A DNA stretch of 64,000 nt from the human T2T-CHM13v2.0 reference genome, Homo sapiens (GCF_009914755.1 NC_060925.1), one strand, 5' to 3'; shown: positions 48,381 to 63,720, counted from the first letter of the stretch. Numbers and translations: made by a program. Notes: generated by a model not told the origin, from the letters alone.

Positions 48381-49379
48381 CTGCCAGGAAGAAAGACTAC
48401 TGCAGCACAGATGCAAATCTGGAAGCCACGTGACACTCACTGACTTGGGTGTCCGGGTATATGAATATCTGTTACCATTTGGAGTTTTTTGGTTTTTGTT
48501 TTGGTTAGAACAGTAGGATGAATCAAAATAATGGCAACTACTTCTTAGGAAACAAAACCCCAGGCCACCATCGCAGGACTCAGAGTACCTTGGAAGAGCA
48601 ACAGCCTAGGAAGATTCTGACCTGCAGGAAGAGCGACTGTGCCGTCTCACTGGGCCACATCGCTACCACTCACCACCCATCAAAGGGCACCAAGCTGGAA
48701 AACAGGGGCTGTGCAAATGATTTCTTTTTCTTTCAGACAATCATCTGTGCTTTACGTTGTTTTAAACATGTTTAAGGGGAGAGAGAACAAGTTGTATTAA
48801 GAGTGTTTAAAACAAATTGTCTTTTTTCTACCTTGATCCACTTTCCCCTTTCCCTGTAAGCATTTACCTACTTTGTATTTAGTCTGTGGTCATTTAAATG
48901 GCATTTGGTTTAAGAGGTGTCCAAGAACAGGGACTCTGGCAACATTTCCATTGCATAAAGAGCCATTTATCACAATAAAATAAAATTAAAATTCTACAGA
49001 TAATACTAAAAATTGTGGGTGCCTTTAATTAAGGGAATTGTTTCTAAAGATATTGATTATGATATAGAACACATGCATTCCTCAGCAAAGATTTGAGTGC
49101 CCAATTGTTAGCCAAAGACTAAATTGGGATTCAGTAAGTAAATTAGGTAAAAATTTGGTCAGAAAAATTATAAAATATAAACACAAAGTTTTGGGTTTTG
49201 GTTTTGGGGGATTTTGTTTGTTTTTTACAAAAAGCAACATCTGAATCTTGCAATTCAAAGTATAGTTTGCAAACCAGCAGCATCAGCATCACCTAGGAGG
49301 TTGTTAGAAATGATGCATCTCAGGACCCACCTCAGATCTGTAGAATCTGAACCTGCGTTTTAAAAAGATGCCCAGGTGA

Positions 49380-49724
<345 letters not shown>

Positions 49725-50604
49725 CTAGAAGAAAGCATATATATTAAGAAAGGGCTGCTTTGTCTCTCCATGTATTCCACAGACTTATGCAGTAGAATTA
49801 ATAATAATCCAAATTACTAACAACTTACTCATGGCTAAGACTAAACAGTCTCATTTGGAAGGTGCTTTAATTGAGCTAATTCCTCCTCTTGGCAACAACT
49901 CCACAATTCTAAATAACATCATAGGTAAAATGGCATGTGAACACTAAATGTAATTTGAGGCAGTTGCCTCAAATTTTCCCCAAAAAAATACAGGAATAAA
50001 AAGAATTCCCATATTTCCTTTTGGATGAGTGTTTACTTATGATAATAAGATCTTGATTCAATATATACATTAACATTCTCATTTTCTAATGCTGTGCTCC
50101 TTTCTCCCAACACCCCACCCCCAAAGGAGCTTTTAACTCCCCAGTCCCTGTCCTGAACCACTGAAGGGAAACTCAAAAATACTTTGTTCCTCTACAAGGA
50201 GCTAAGAATCGAAGCTTTAACTTGCTTCAGGACAGTACAAAATGCTACCATAAAAATATGAAAGCCTAATATCTCCTATACACATGTGATGTCATGTTTA
50301 CTGCGTGAGACAGTCTGTTATTCTCTGATTGTCTCATACATGTTAGGTCCATTTCCTCCGTAAGTAACATGAGGATCAGGGCCATACTCCAAATTGCCTT
50401 TGTTTATATAATAGCAATGTAGGCATTCAATAAAACAGTAGCTTCTGGTTGATTGTCATAACTCCTATGACATACAGTAACTCTTGTCTTTAATAATAAT
50501 AACTATTATTATTATTATGCTAACTAACACATATGCTCCAGGCATTGATTTAAGCGTATTATACTTACCCATTAAGTCCTTTTAAGGACTGTAAGGTGGT
50601 TACC

Positions 50605-51190
50605 CTTGTAAAAATAAGTAATGCAAAATCTAAGCTGTTGGAACTCAAAAGTATTTTGAGCCTTCAAGGAATGTGAATTACAGGGCCTGAGCTACGTGAC
50701 AGGCAGCTGTAAGCTGTTGTATGTCTGAATTCAGTCTTTTTCCTTACCTGCATTGCTCTGTAAAATGTTGTAAATGGCAAAGGGCCCCAGGGAAGACCCC
50801 CTTCTCTCTTCCTGTTGATTTTCATTCTCCCTCTTACCTTTTTCATACAAGACATCATGGCTATCACAGTCCCTTAATATGGAATGTTAAATACACTCTT
50901 TTAAGTTGGAAAGGAAATGAAAACCAGCTATAAAGAAAACAAGCCGCGTGGAAAAGAAAACAAATTGTAACTAATTTTTTTAACTACTAAACCAGGCTTG
51001 TATACAAAATGTTGTAACCCTGCTAAATTTCTTTGTCTTATATATAAGCAAGAATTTAGCTTTTAACTTTGGAACCCTATCCCCATTTCTCTGGAGTGAT
51101 GAGTCCCGGAATGGCCATTGCCAACTTTTCACTTGAATAAACTCTGGAAAACTGGAATCTGACCCTTTTGATTATTTATGGCTGGTACTC
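50605..51190 (+). mobile_element. Solo ERV1-like LTR in intron 2
   Basis: TATA-like cttatatataagc and aataaactctgg poly(A) signal in LTR arrangement, interrupting MIR/L2 sequence. Confidence 0.5.
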
Positions 51191-51755
51191 TCTTCATTTT
51201 ACAAATGAGGAAACTGAGGCACAGAATACATAAGTAACTTGTCCAAAATCACACAACTAAAAAGTGTTAACTGGGGATATCAATCTGGGTGGTCTGACCA
51301 GAGATCTACTGTGCATCCTGCCTCATGTAAGTTCTAAAATTCAATTTCAGCTTTTCCTTCTGAGAAATCCCACTATTACCCCCTAAGAATTACATAAAAT
51401 AGTAACTTTTGAACTTGTTTTTCCCATAATCCACAGTAAGAATTATGTTTTGCATCCTAGCACAGAGATACAAATTGCAACAAATAATTCATGGGAAAGC
51501 AAAACTCATCCTTATATATGACTTCTTAATATTATCTATTCTATTTCATTCAATTATAATTAATTTTCTACTAAACTAATTCTAGGGCCCAAATTGTCGC
51601 AGCCTTCAGTTTGAAAAACTGTTTAAAGCAGTATCCCACTCAATTCCTGACATTTAATAATGCAATGTATCTTCTGGCTGCCCATGCAAAGATGAAGAAG
51701 GCCTGGTCATGACCATTAACTACAGTGCACTGGCAAAATTCTGTGGGGTGTCTCT

Positions 51756-52165
<410 letters not shown>

Positions 52166-53632
52166 AAATGGAAGATTCTAAGATAAATACATCGATAATC
52201 TCCTCAGGGAGGAAAAGAGTCTCCTGTGATGAGACATCTCAGGAAAGTCTTGTTGAGAGGTAGGTAATTTGGGCAGGACTCTGGAGAGGAGACAGACTTC
52301 AACAGGCAACCACAGGAGAAGGCATTTCAGACAGAAACACCTCACGGGAGACTCGTGGGAAACTGAAGATGGAGGACGTGCTCGTGGGGCAACGCTGGAG
52401 GCTGACGTGCTAAATTTGGACTCACAGACCCTGACGCTGTTGCTATGAGCCAAAGACCTTATGAGAGTCAACCTCTTTGAGGAGCAAGATTCTCATCTGT
52501 GAAATGGGGTAGTAATAATATCTGCCTCACCTCCCTCAGAGGCTAGTTCTGTAGAGTATGTAAAAAAATGTCTGAAAACCCTCTGAGAATGACCAAGAGG
52601 TGATGATAATGATAACAGGCACCATTTGTTGAGTGGGTCCTCTGTGCTATTCTAACCACCCATGTGATCCGCACAACACAGTGATGTTGGTCCTATTATC
52701 TCCATTATATAGATGACGGGACTGAACATTAAAGAGATGAAGTTCCTTGCCCAAGGTCACCTAGCTAGGAAAAGGGAGAGGCAGAACTCAAACCAGATCT
52801 GCCTGATCACAGGGTGTAAGTGCTTCTCACCTCACTACAGATGTACATTAAATGTTGATGGGTATGCCGGGAGACAGTGAAGAGCTGATGGGGGAGGTGA
52901 GGCCATGAAGGGGTGAAGAGAAGGGCAGAAATGTCTAGAAAGGAGTATTGGCACCGGAACAGCAAGCTCTGAATGTCAGCAGTGTTTAGACCATACCCTG
53001 TATGCGGCCAAGGCTTTGAGCAGACTCCGATGTGATCACATCTATGATTCAGAAAGATAAATCTGGCAGCATTATCTGAGACATAAAGAGCACCACTTAG
53101 TAGACAACTCAATCACCTGCTAAGTTACAATGCTCTCAAGGTAGCTTTGCAAAGACAGCAAACCTCTGTACTTGGCCCTCACTTGCTGCCTTTAGATTAA
53201 AACGAAACCCCCAAAAAACGGGCATATAACATAAATTGGCAATTTGACACAAGTTGAAATCTGATGTGTCCCAGCACTTAGGAAAGCCATCAGTGCTGTT
53301 GAATTTGTTGAATGACTGGAAATAGTGCATTTGCACTGGGCAAATGGTAATGAAAAACTGAGATCTTTCTTATTGGAATTACAAAGAAACATCTCATCAA
53401 AGGGGATTTCTTTTCAAGGGATGTCAAGATGGCTATTCATCTATTTACACCAAACTTTAAAAAGCTAATTGTCTTTCTGACATATTGTTACAACATTTTT
53501 AATACATCATGTTTGATCCTATTAAATAAAATTGACCACTACAAAGCACATTGATGAGCATTTTAAGAGGATTGTGTTTTTACCATACTTTACAGTAGAA
53601 GACAGAGTGTGTTCCTTAGAACTCATTTGTTT

Positions 53633-53942
53633 GCCAGGCACGGTGGCTCACGCCTATAATCCTAGCACTTTGGGAGGCCGAGGCCAGCGGATTACCTGAG
53701 GTTGGGAGTTCAAGACCAGCCTGGCCAACATGGCAAAACCCCGTCTGTACTAAAAATACAAAAAAAATTAGCCGGGTGCAGTGGCGCGCGCCTGTAATCC
53801 CAGCTACTCTGTAGGCTGAGGCAGGAGAATCGCTTGAGCCTGGGAGGCAGTTTGTGGTGAGTCAATACCACGACACTGCACTCCAGCCTGGGCTACAGAG
53901 TGAGACTTCATCTCAAAAAACAAAACAAACAAACAAACAAAA
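53633..53942 (+). mobile_element. AluS
   Basis: aactcattt on both flanks; (CAAA)n tail. Confidence 0.9.
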
Positions 53943-55077
53943 ACTCATTTTTTAAATTCCCATTGGAATAAGAGAAACAGTAAAGAAAGTGAAGAAATTG
54001 TTTTTGTTCACAGAGATCCCCGTAAGCTGTTACCTCTGCAGATCTGGAGAGTGGGACACAGTCCTGTTTTCTAAAGCAGTTGCTTAAATGTTAGAAATAT
54101 AACCATTCAGTGGACTGTGTACTAGAGAAGCAAGCCCTGTCTGGAGTCTAGAGGCAATGTGTGATCATGGAAAGGGCCAGAAATGTGATGTAGGAGCCCA
54201 GGATTCCAGCCTTGTCTCTGCTATGAGCTGGGGTGACTTGGGGAAGTCGTCAAACTCTCCGCACCCTGCTTCCTCATCTGTGAAGTGAAAGGTTGAAGTC
54301 CAATTTCCCTAAGGTCCTTCTAGTTCTAACATTCTGTGATCCTTCCCTGAACTGTGGCTCCAAGATAAGAACACAGCACCAAAGGGGAGGCCAGCCTCAC
54401 ACTTAGCCGGGAATATGGAAAGGCTCCTATTAGCCACAGTACAGGTACTCATCAAAAGCAGCAGGAATGATCTCAGCTAACACGGAAGCACTATGGATTG
54501 AGCCCAGCAATTCCGCCCACTAATTAAACGATAATTGTATCCACTCAGTAAGATTAATGTGACTACCAGTTCACTCATTCATGAATGGTACCAGGGACAA
54601 AGTACATACTCAATAAAAATGTTAGCTAGTTTTCCTACTATAAGCCTAAACACTTTATATGTTTCATTTATTTCAAAGCAATCCCATAAGGTGGGTACTG
54701 TTATTATCCTCATTTTAAAGATGAGGGGATTGGAGGCTTAGAGAGGTTCAATAACTTGCCCAAAGTCACATGGTTCTTAAGTGGCAGAGCCATGATTCAC
54801 ACTCAGGCAGTTTGAAGCCAAATCCCAACCTTTCAGCCACCGCACTATTCACCTCTATCAGAAGCTAAAGGTGCACTGGTGTCAGTCCCTGTAAACCAAA
54901 GGCCCAGCCAGGTATAGCAAGGCATTCTACTACTGACATTTTTCTACCAAGAAACTTCAATAGCTTAGGACTAAAATTTGGCAAGTTCATACAAGTTTCC
55001 CAAACAAGATCACTATAACTATGAGGGCCTACTCTTCTTCTTCTTTGCATCAATCCACCTACCTATTCTCTTTCTCA

Positions 55078-55853
<776 letters not shown>

Positions 55854-56880
55854 TAAAGGATGATTTTTTTTTCATTACAGATTCTCTTTTAAAAGCTCAC
55901 TACTAAGCTCTTTCAGAGAGCAAATTCCCCTGTTGCCTTTAAATTTGTTTGATTAATTTAGAAATTTTTAGGAGATCATATGTTATTGTTGTTATCTTCT
56001 GGATTTTCCCTATAGGTTCACTCTGAGAATTCCTTTGTAAAACAGATGTGAGACACTCAAAGTGAAGGTATCTCCTGAATTATTAATTTTTCATTGTATT
56101 ATTTCCATCAAAGCCCCACTTACAGGCTTTCCCCAAACCACAGGAAAGTAGAGGGTTGCTTAATCCTTGTTGGAATTCTCAAAGTCAAAATTGGGGATTA
56201 ACCCCTTCTGGGATCACTCTGAAGCAAAGTCTATGCCCAAGAAGTTGGAAGGGAGAGATGTTGGCTACAATGGTGTCCAGCGAGAAACACATCTCAAAAA
56301 GCCCTGGGCTGACCTTAGTCCAGTGCTTCCGACCTTGATCACATGGTGAGAGGCTAGCTAGGTGCTTGCCTTGGGCCTCACCAGAACACTCCCTTTGGTC
56401 CTGGGAGTGGAGGTTTTAGTGAGCCAACGGTCCCTTCACAAAAGCAGATTTCTGGCAGAAATAGCTGATGCAATAGGGTCACTCAGCAATGCGAGATAGG
56501 GCATAACCTTGGATAGCAGCTCACCTACTCTTTTCCTACCTTTATCAAAATCAATTCAATTAAAATGGGTTGCATGATTTGTTAGCAATATCCACGGACC
56601 AGTAAAACCAAGTAAAGTAGTAACACAATATTAATATGTGCAGCTCTGGAGCAGGCAGTATTAGCATGGGTCTCAGTGGAGCTAAGATAAATCATTAGCA
56701 ACCAGTTTCTCCCTCAGGATCAATGCAGTGATTACGAAAGAGAGTTGGGTCATAGTCTATGCATGTAACTGGCCTACTTTCAAACACACCTTTGCCTTAT
56801 TAAAAGTCAAACAGAAATAAACAACACAGTCCATGTGTGTCATAGAAAGGGATTTCAAATAGGCCCAAAGTCAATCCTAC

Positions 56881-56958
56881 CTCTGATATTCAGAGCTTCA
56901 GACTTTTTCTCTTTTTTCATCATGTCTTCTGGCTCATTCTGGGTGTTGAAGGAATCAC
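56881..56958 (-). CDS. SLC30A10: SLC30A10 exon 2 (78 nt, GDSFNTQNEPEDMMKKEKKSEALNIRG)
   Basis: Acceptor tttgaatgcAG|GTGATT, donor AGAG|GTAGGA; in frame with exons 1 and 3; ends in the ZnT-typical 'LNIRG' before TM5. Confidence 0.95.
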
Positions 56959-57650
56959 CTGCATTCAAAGAAGAAACCTTGTGTTGTGTATAAGTTCTAC
57001 AAACAAACAAAAAAAAACCAATGGACTCAAAATAAAGTTTTGTTATTTTAAATTTCTACTAGCTTAAGGGAGACCCTTCTGCACACCCACAGCTCAGAAC
57101 AGTACATTTTGGCCTTGAAATAGCCTTGTGATCCACCTTTGGACTTCATTCACACATCCTTTCAAGTTAAAACAAAAAGAGGGTGAATGGGAGCCCACCT
57201 GCAGCCCCTAAACCCGTAACACCCAAGAAGACAAACGGATGGGCAAAGAGGGGGGGAGAACAACAAAATTCAGACAGCAAGTAATGAGAGGGAGGAGGGG
57301 TTGGAGAGTCCTGCCTGTTGCCCAATAATAGTGACCGATTTCCAAGAAAATCAATACTCATATACAGAGAATAGGGTAAGGGAAAAGAGGCCAGGGCTAC
57401 CCGAGGATCCAGGAGAAAAAAGAAGGGATGGGGAATATGTTAAATTGGCAGAAGAGAAGTAAAGCGGGATTGTAAAGGGAATGGATTTATTAAAAAAAAA
57501 AAAAAAAAAAAAACAACAACAACAACAACAACAAAAAAAAACAGAAAAAAAGCATGCAGAAGAAAAAGAGGGCGTGGGGTGAGAAGAAAGGGACCGGGTG
57601 GGAGGAGGAAGGAAGGGCCAAGCGGTCCAAAGGATGCAACCGAAAGGCAC

Positions 57651-58290
57651 CTGCTACGTTTGCGAACACGGTCGCCCCCTTCTCCCGCTTCCTTTCCACC
57701 GAGGTCCCCCGGAGGGTTACGGCCGAGTCCGAGCCTGGGGCTGTCGGGTCCGCCGCGCGCCGCGGGTCCTCCGCGCCCTGAGGCCCCCCGAAAGCGCCGG
57801 GGACACAGCCCTCCGCCAGCTGCTGCCGCTGCTGCAGGCGGCGACTGCGTCCCCGGAGGCAGCACGCGAACCAGGCGGCGCAGTCCTGGAAGATGAGCAG
57901 CCCCACCACGTTGACCAACAGCCCCAGGACGCCGACGATGAGCACCAGCTCGGGGTCATCGATGCGCTCGGGCCGGGCCAGGCGCAGCACGGCCTCCACG
58001 AAGATGGTGAAGCAGAGCGCGGTGAGGAAGACCGCGTTGCTCAGCGCGCCCACCACCTCGGCGCGGGCGTAGCCGTAGGTGGCGCTGAAGCCCCGGGTGG
58101 GGCGCCGGGCGATGTAGCCGGCGCTCAGGCCCACGCACAGCGAGATCAGGTCGGAGAGCATGTTGAAGGAGTCGGAGAGCAGCGCGATGGAGTTGCCCAG
58201 GTAGCCGGAGACCAGCTCCGCCACGAAGAAGGCGACGGTGAGCACCAGCATGAAGAGCAGCCGGCACGTCTTGCCAGAGTAGCGGCCCAT
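57651..58290 (-). CDS. SLC30A10: SLC30A10 coding exon 1 (aa 1-213, TM1-4 and cytosolic loop)
   Basis: ATG at 58290 gives MGRYSGKTCRLLFMLVLTVAFFVAELVSGYLGNSIALLSDSFNMLSD..., a CDF/ZnT signature with N43xxxD47; 640 nt; donor CAG|GTGCCT at 57651/57650. Confidence 0.98.
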
Positions 58291-58431
58291 CTCGCCACCA
58301 GCCCCGGGCGCCCGGCGCCGCCCAGGGGAGCGCAGCCCACCCCGCGCGCAGCCACAGGTGGGGGGCGCGGCGCGGATCCGTGAGGCCCGGTACCCGCCTC
58401 CCAGATTGTCTCGCCGGCCCTGCCCCACCGC

Positions 58432-58439
58432 TTTTTATA
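58432..58439 (-). promoter_or_regulatory. TATA box of SLC30A10 (TSS expected ~58405-58411)
   Basis: TATAAAAA embedded in GC-rich DNA ~145 nt upstream of the ATG. Confidence 0.8.
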
Positions 58440-59352
58440 ACGCGAGGCCGAGCGCCACCAGTCCCCGCACGTCCAGAGTCTAAAGGAGTGGCGGGGGCAG
58501 TATCTGAACAGCCCGTGCACCGCCTCCCGCGGCCCTTTTCCCCTCCCTCGCGGCCTGGGCCTGACTTGGCAGGTGGCCACGAGCCGATGTCTCTCTTTGT
58601 GGGACAGGACTGTGCAGAGAGGGGCGCTGCGGAGGAGAGGGGGCGTGTCTGGACGTCAATCTTCACAGACTCCCTCCCCATGCAGAGGTGGGATTCACCC
58701 AGACACCCCGCTTCTCCTGGCCCTCAGGGTCGCCAGTGTCCTGTTGACTCAGTCATAAGGGCCTTGGCTGCTGTGGGGTGTGTTCGCTGCGGTGGACTGG
58801 GACACCTTCGCGTACGTGCCCATAGGCACCTTGCGGTGCAGATTCCATATTAATCAGGTGCAAGGCCCCGGAGCACAGGCTTGGGGCAACTTGCCCTTGA
58901 GGGTGCTTCCTGCTTTTCATTTCGTGAAATGTGACCTCATCCGCCACTCAGCCCTCCACCCTCATTCCACTAACCCCAGGATAAAGCTATTTAATCCTCT
59001 CTTGTTCCTCACAGCCATTATAAACGGTGCAGGATCGTTCCTATTACCCACTCATGGCACAAGATCGTCCCCGTTCCCCTTCAGGATCTTCGCTGTCAAG
59101 GCTTCCTTCCCTGGGTGAATCGCAGGCAGCCCTCAGGAGAGCAGACCCCACTTCTGTAAGCATGCACTCCTGCCTAGCACTCGAAGGCTGGTCTACTTTG
59201 TGGTAGACACAAGTCCCTTGGCCGCCAAAGAAACCAGGGCTGACCTCCTCTGTGTACTTGTCTCATTCTTCATTGAAGAGAATATTCTACTCACCCCCAC
59301 GTGTCCCTGACAGCATGACCTGATACGCAGTACAATCGACTGACCTACATGA

Positions 59353-59671
<319 letters not shown>

Positions 59672-60038
59672 AAGACTCTTCTATTGACAACAGGCTGTGT
59701 TCCAAATAAAAGTTATCCAGAAGGTAACTGTCTCCAGGACTCTGGAAGAGGCTGAGGAAGGGACCCTTGAAGAAGGGTGTCTGCTGCTGGTCTCTTCCTG
59801 CTGTGGAGGTTTGAGAGGCCTGGCTCCTAGGTTTCTTTGTTGGTTTCTTTTGTTGTCTCATTATCTCATCCCATAGAGGATTTGAAGGTGCAGTCTGGTC
59901 ATCTCTATTCTCCTTCCCCATCCCTAGCCCCTGAACTTTAACCATTCCTGAAAAATACACATGTAGTTTTGGCTTAGAAATGAATACAAATGTCTTATTC
60001 CAAAAACAACAAAAAACAAACAAACAAAAAAAAAACAC

Positions 60039-60352
<314 letters not shown>

Positions 60353-61318
60353 CTAACCTCTAGCCCTATTCATTGTCCTTAGCCTTGTAAAACATAACCT
60401 TGTCTTTCAGTATTTCTGAGGTCCATAACAGCCATGCTAAAGCATCCTTGATCCAAGTCCCACCTTACACCAGATAAGCCTCCAAACTCAGAGCTTATTA
60501 AATATTTGCACCTCCAGGAAAATATCCTTATATTGAGAATTAGAGAAAATTGATCATTGGAAGTATTTTCTAAAAATCAACATAAAAATAATCAATAATG
60601 TAGAGGTAAGAAGATATAGACTACGGTATTTTTCACTAGTGTAAAATGGGAATAATAATAGTATAGGGAAGATTAAATGAGTTAATATGTGTAAAATGCT
60701 TAAAATAGTGCCTGGTACACAGTAAGCACTCAATAAATGTTCTATTATTGTTGTCAATAGTATTAATACTACAGCACATGTGTGATGGAATTACTATTGA
60801 ACAACAGATGAGACACTCTAATAGACAAAAGAGATTTATCAGAGTACTGTAGCCATTGCTGTTTCTGGCTTAGACTGTCTTCAAACTGTAAAGCTTCTGA
60901 AACATTTAATATGACAGCAAGCAAAACAGTCAAAATAAGTGAGGGAAGCCTGGTGGAACTAAACTTGACAAACTAAAGCATTCCTTGCTAATTGCATGTC
61001 TTTGTCATTCACCACTGAAAGAAAACCTGAAATCAGCAGAAATGTATCACTGGAGCAAATTGCCCAATTATTTTCCTAACCAAAGGCAGATAAGAATTGT
61101 GTCACTGCCCCAGGAGTGCAGTGGATGGAACCATAAAGCCAGTGGCTGAGGAAGCTGGAGGAGCTGGAAGTGGCAGAGGCAGCCTGCCTGGGGGACCCAT
61201 TCCTGACTTTAAGAAAGGGTAAGTGTTGCCAGATGGTGTCAATAAAAAGCACTGTAGAAAAATGTTTGTACTAAAACTACACACACACACACACAGTATA
61301 TATAAAGTTAATTGATAA

Positions 61319-61632
<314 letters not shown>

Positions 61633-61915
61633 AGCATTTTATACTTAACAGCAAATTGTGAGGTTTAAATAGCTTTTGTTTATTGATCTCTTACTCTGCC
61701 CAACCCTGTGCTGAGAGTTTTATAAGCATCATCTCATTTCTTCCTCATCACAGCCCCATAAAATAAGTACTATTTTATAGGATAGAACCTGAGATTTTAA
61801 GTAACTTACCCAAGACCACACAAGCTGTAAATGATTGATAGATTTGAGCTCTGAACTAGGCATCAAACTCTAGAGCTTACACCCTTTGCTTCCAGATTAT
61901 ACTAACTCAATCATC

Positions 61916-62129
<214 letters not shown>

Positions 62130-62554
62130 TTTAATGCTTCTTTTGTTCTAAACAAATGAAATGGTTTTTAAAAGTTCTCTTAGTATTGGTGCAAAACTTG
62201 ATATGCTACAATTCACAAATTCAGAGATTATGACACTAAAAATTATTTTTATACTGGTATTTGACCAGAAATTAACAATTAGTTTTTTTTTAGAAACTGT
62301 AAAAGCATCTGTTTTTGTTTTTAGTTCTACTTGACAAGAGATGACATTGCCTTTGGAGAAGAGAATGGACATCTTTCCAAAGCACCAAATTCTTATTGTG
62401 GATGAAGTCAGCTCCTCATTGGTGAATTTATATAATGTGTACGTCTGTAACCTTTTGTACAAAGGTAATTTTTGTACCCCAAAAGTATGCATATTGGGCC
62501 TCCAAGTTTTTTTAGAATCCATTAAACTTAAGAGATTCTTGACTTGAGTAACCA

Positions 62555-62585
<31 letters not shown>

Positions 62586-62631
62586 GTGATGGAGGCATGA
62601 GATGTGCAAAAGATTAAAAATGAGGTAGTGA

Positions 62632-62968
<337 letters not shown>

Positions 62969-63720
62969 CTATATTTATAAGGGAGTTGTGATTTGCAGCC
63001 CACCTAGAACGAAGCAGCTCTAATATGAATGTAAAGCTGTGCCCATCAGCCTGCAGTGTCCTCACCCAAACGCCACCTCCATGGTTTCTTCAAAATGCCA
63101 CTTGTTCTTGCAACGAAAGAGTATGTCTCCTAATAGCCCTGGCCCAGGAAGTGTTAGGAGCACGAGCATAGCATCACGTGATACCACCTACTTACTGAGA
63201 AAATACCAGACTCTAAATAATTTTAATTTTGCACTCACTTTGAGAAAATTTAAAAGGCAGAGTAGCGCTGCAGTTAATAATTTGAGCTTTGGAGTCGGAC
63301 CGATTTGGAACTAAATCTGGGCTGTGCTTCTCACTTGCAACTGCTCTTGTGACCTGGGGGACACGTTCCTTACTAAACCTTCTCTTTCCTCACCTGTGAA
63401 ATAGGGATAATAATAGTATCTACTTCATGAGGTTGTCATGAGACTTAAGTGGGAAAAGGTATATAAATTGCTTGGGATAGTGCCAGGTTCATAAGAAAGG
63501 CTCAGTGAATATTAACAAAAAATAACCATCACCTGGAGTTTTAAATCCAAGTTTAGAGAGACAGCAGAATATTTTCCTTCACCAAAGGATTCGCTAAGGA
63601 TTACTTTTAGAGAAAATACACATTTAAGAATTTGTTTACAGATCCATCTGGGGAGCAGTGAAGTTTATGAAGACATAAGATAAAACATGTTTAAGTTTCT
63701 GCAATTAGAAGAGAAGTATA

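Larger units (their letters stand above)
57590..58850. promoter_or_regulatory. CpG island / promoter spanning exon 1
   Basis: Very high GC and CpG density compared with CpG-depleted flanks; GC boxes (GGGGCG); RCGTG cores at 58468-58472 and 58814-58818. Confidence 0.9.

Noticed and set aside
57598-58383. 261-aa plus-strand ORF and other overlapping ORFs in the CpG island
   Set aside because: Antisense shadows of a GC-rich coding exon, where stop codons are rare; no independent gene signals
62148-62585. 135-aa minus ORF next to a poly-T run, considered as a processed pseudogene
   Set aside because: No recognisable homology; the T run is on the wrong side for a minus-strand retrocopy tail; no TSD seen; possibly an old transposon remnant (needs BLAST/Dfam)
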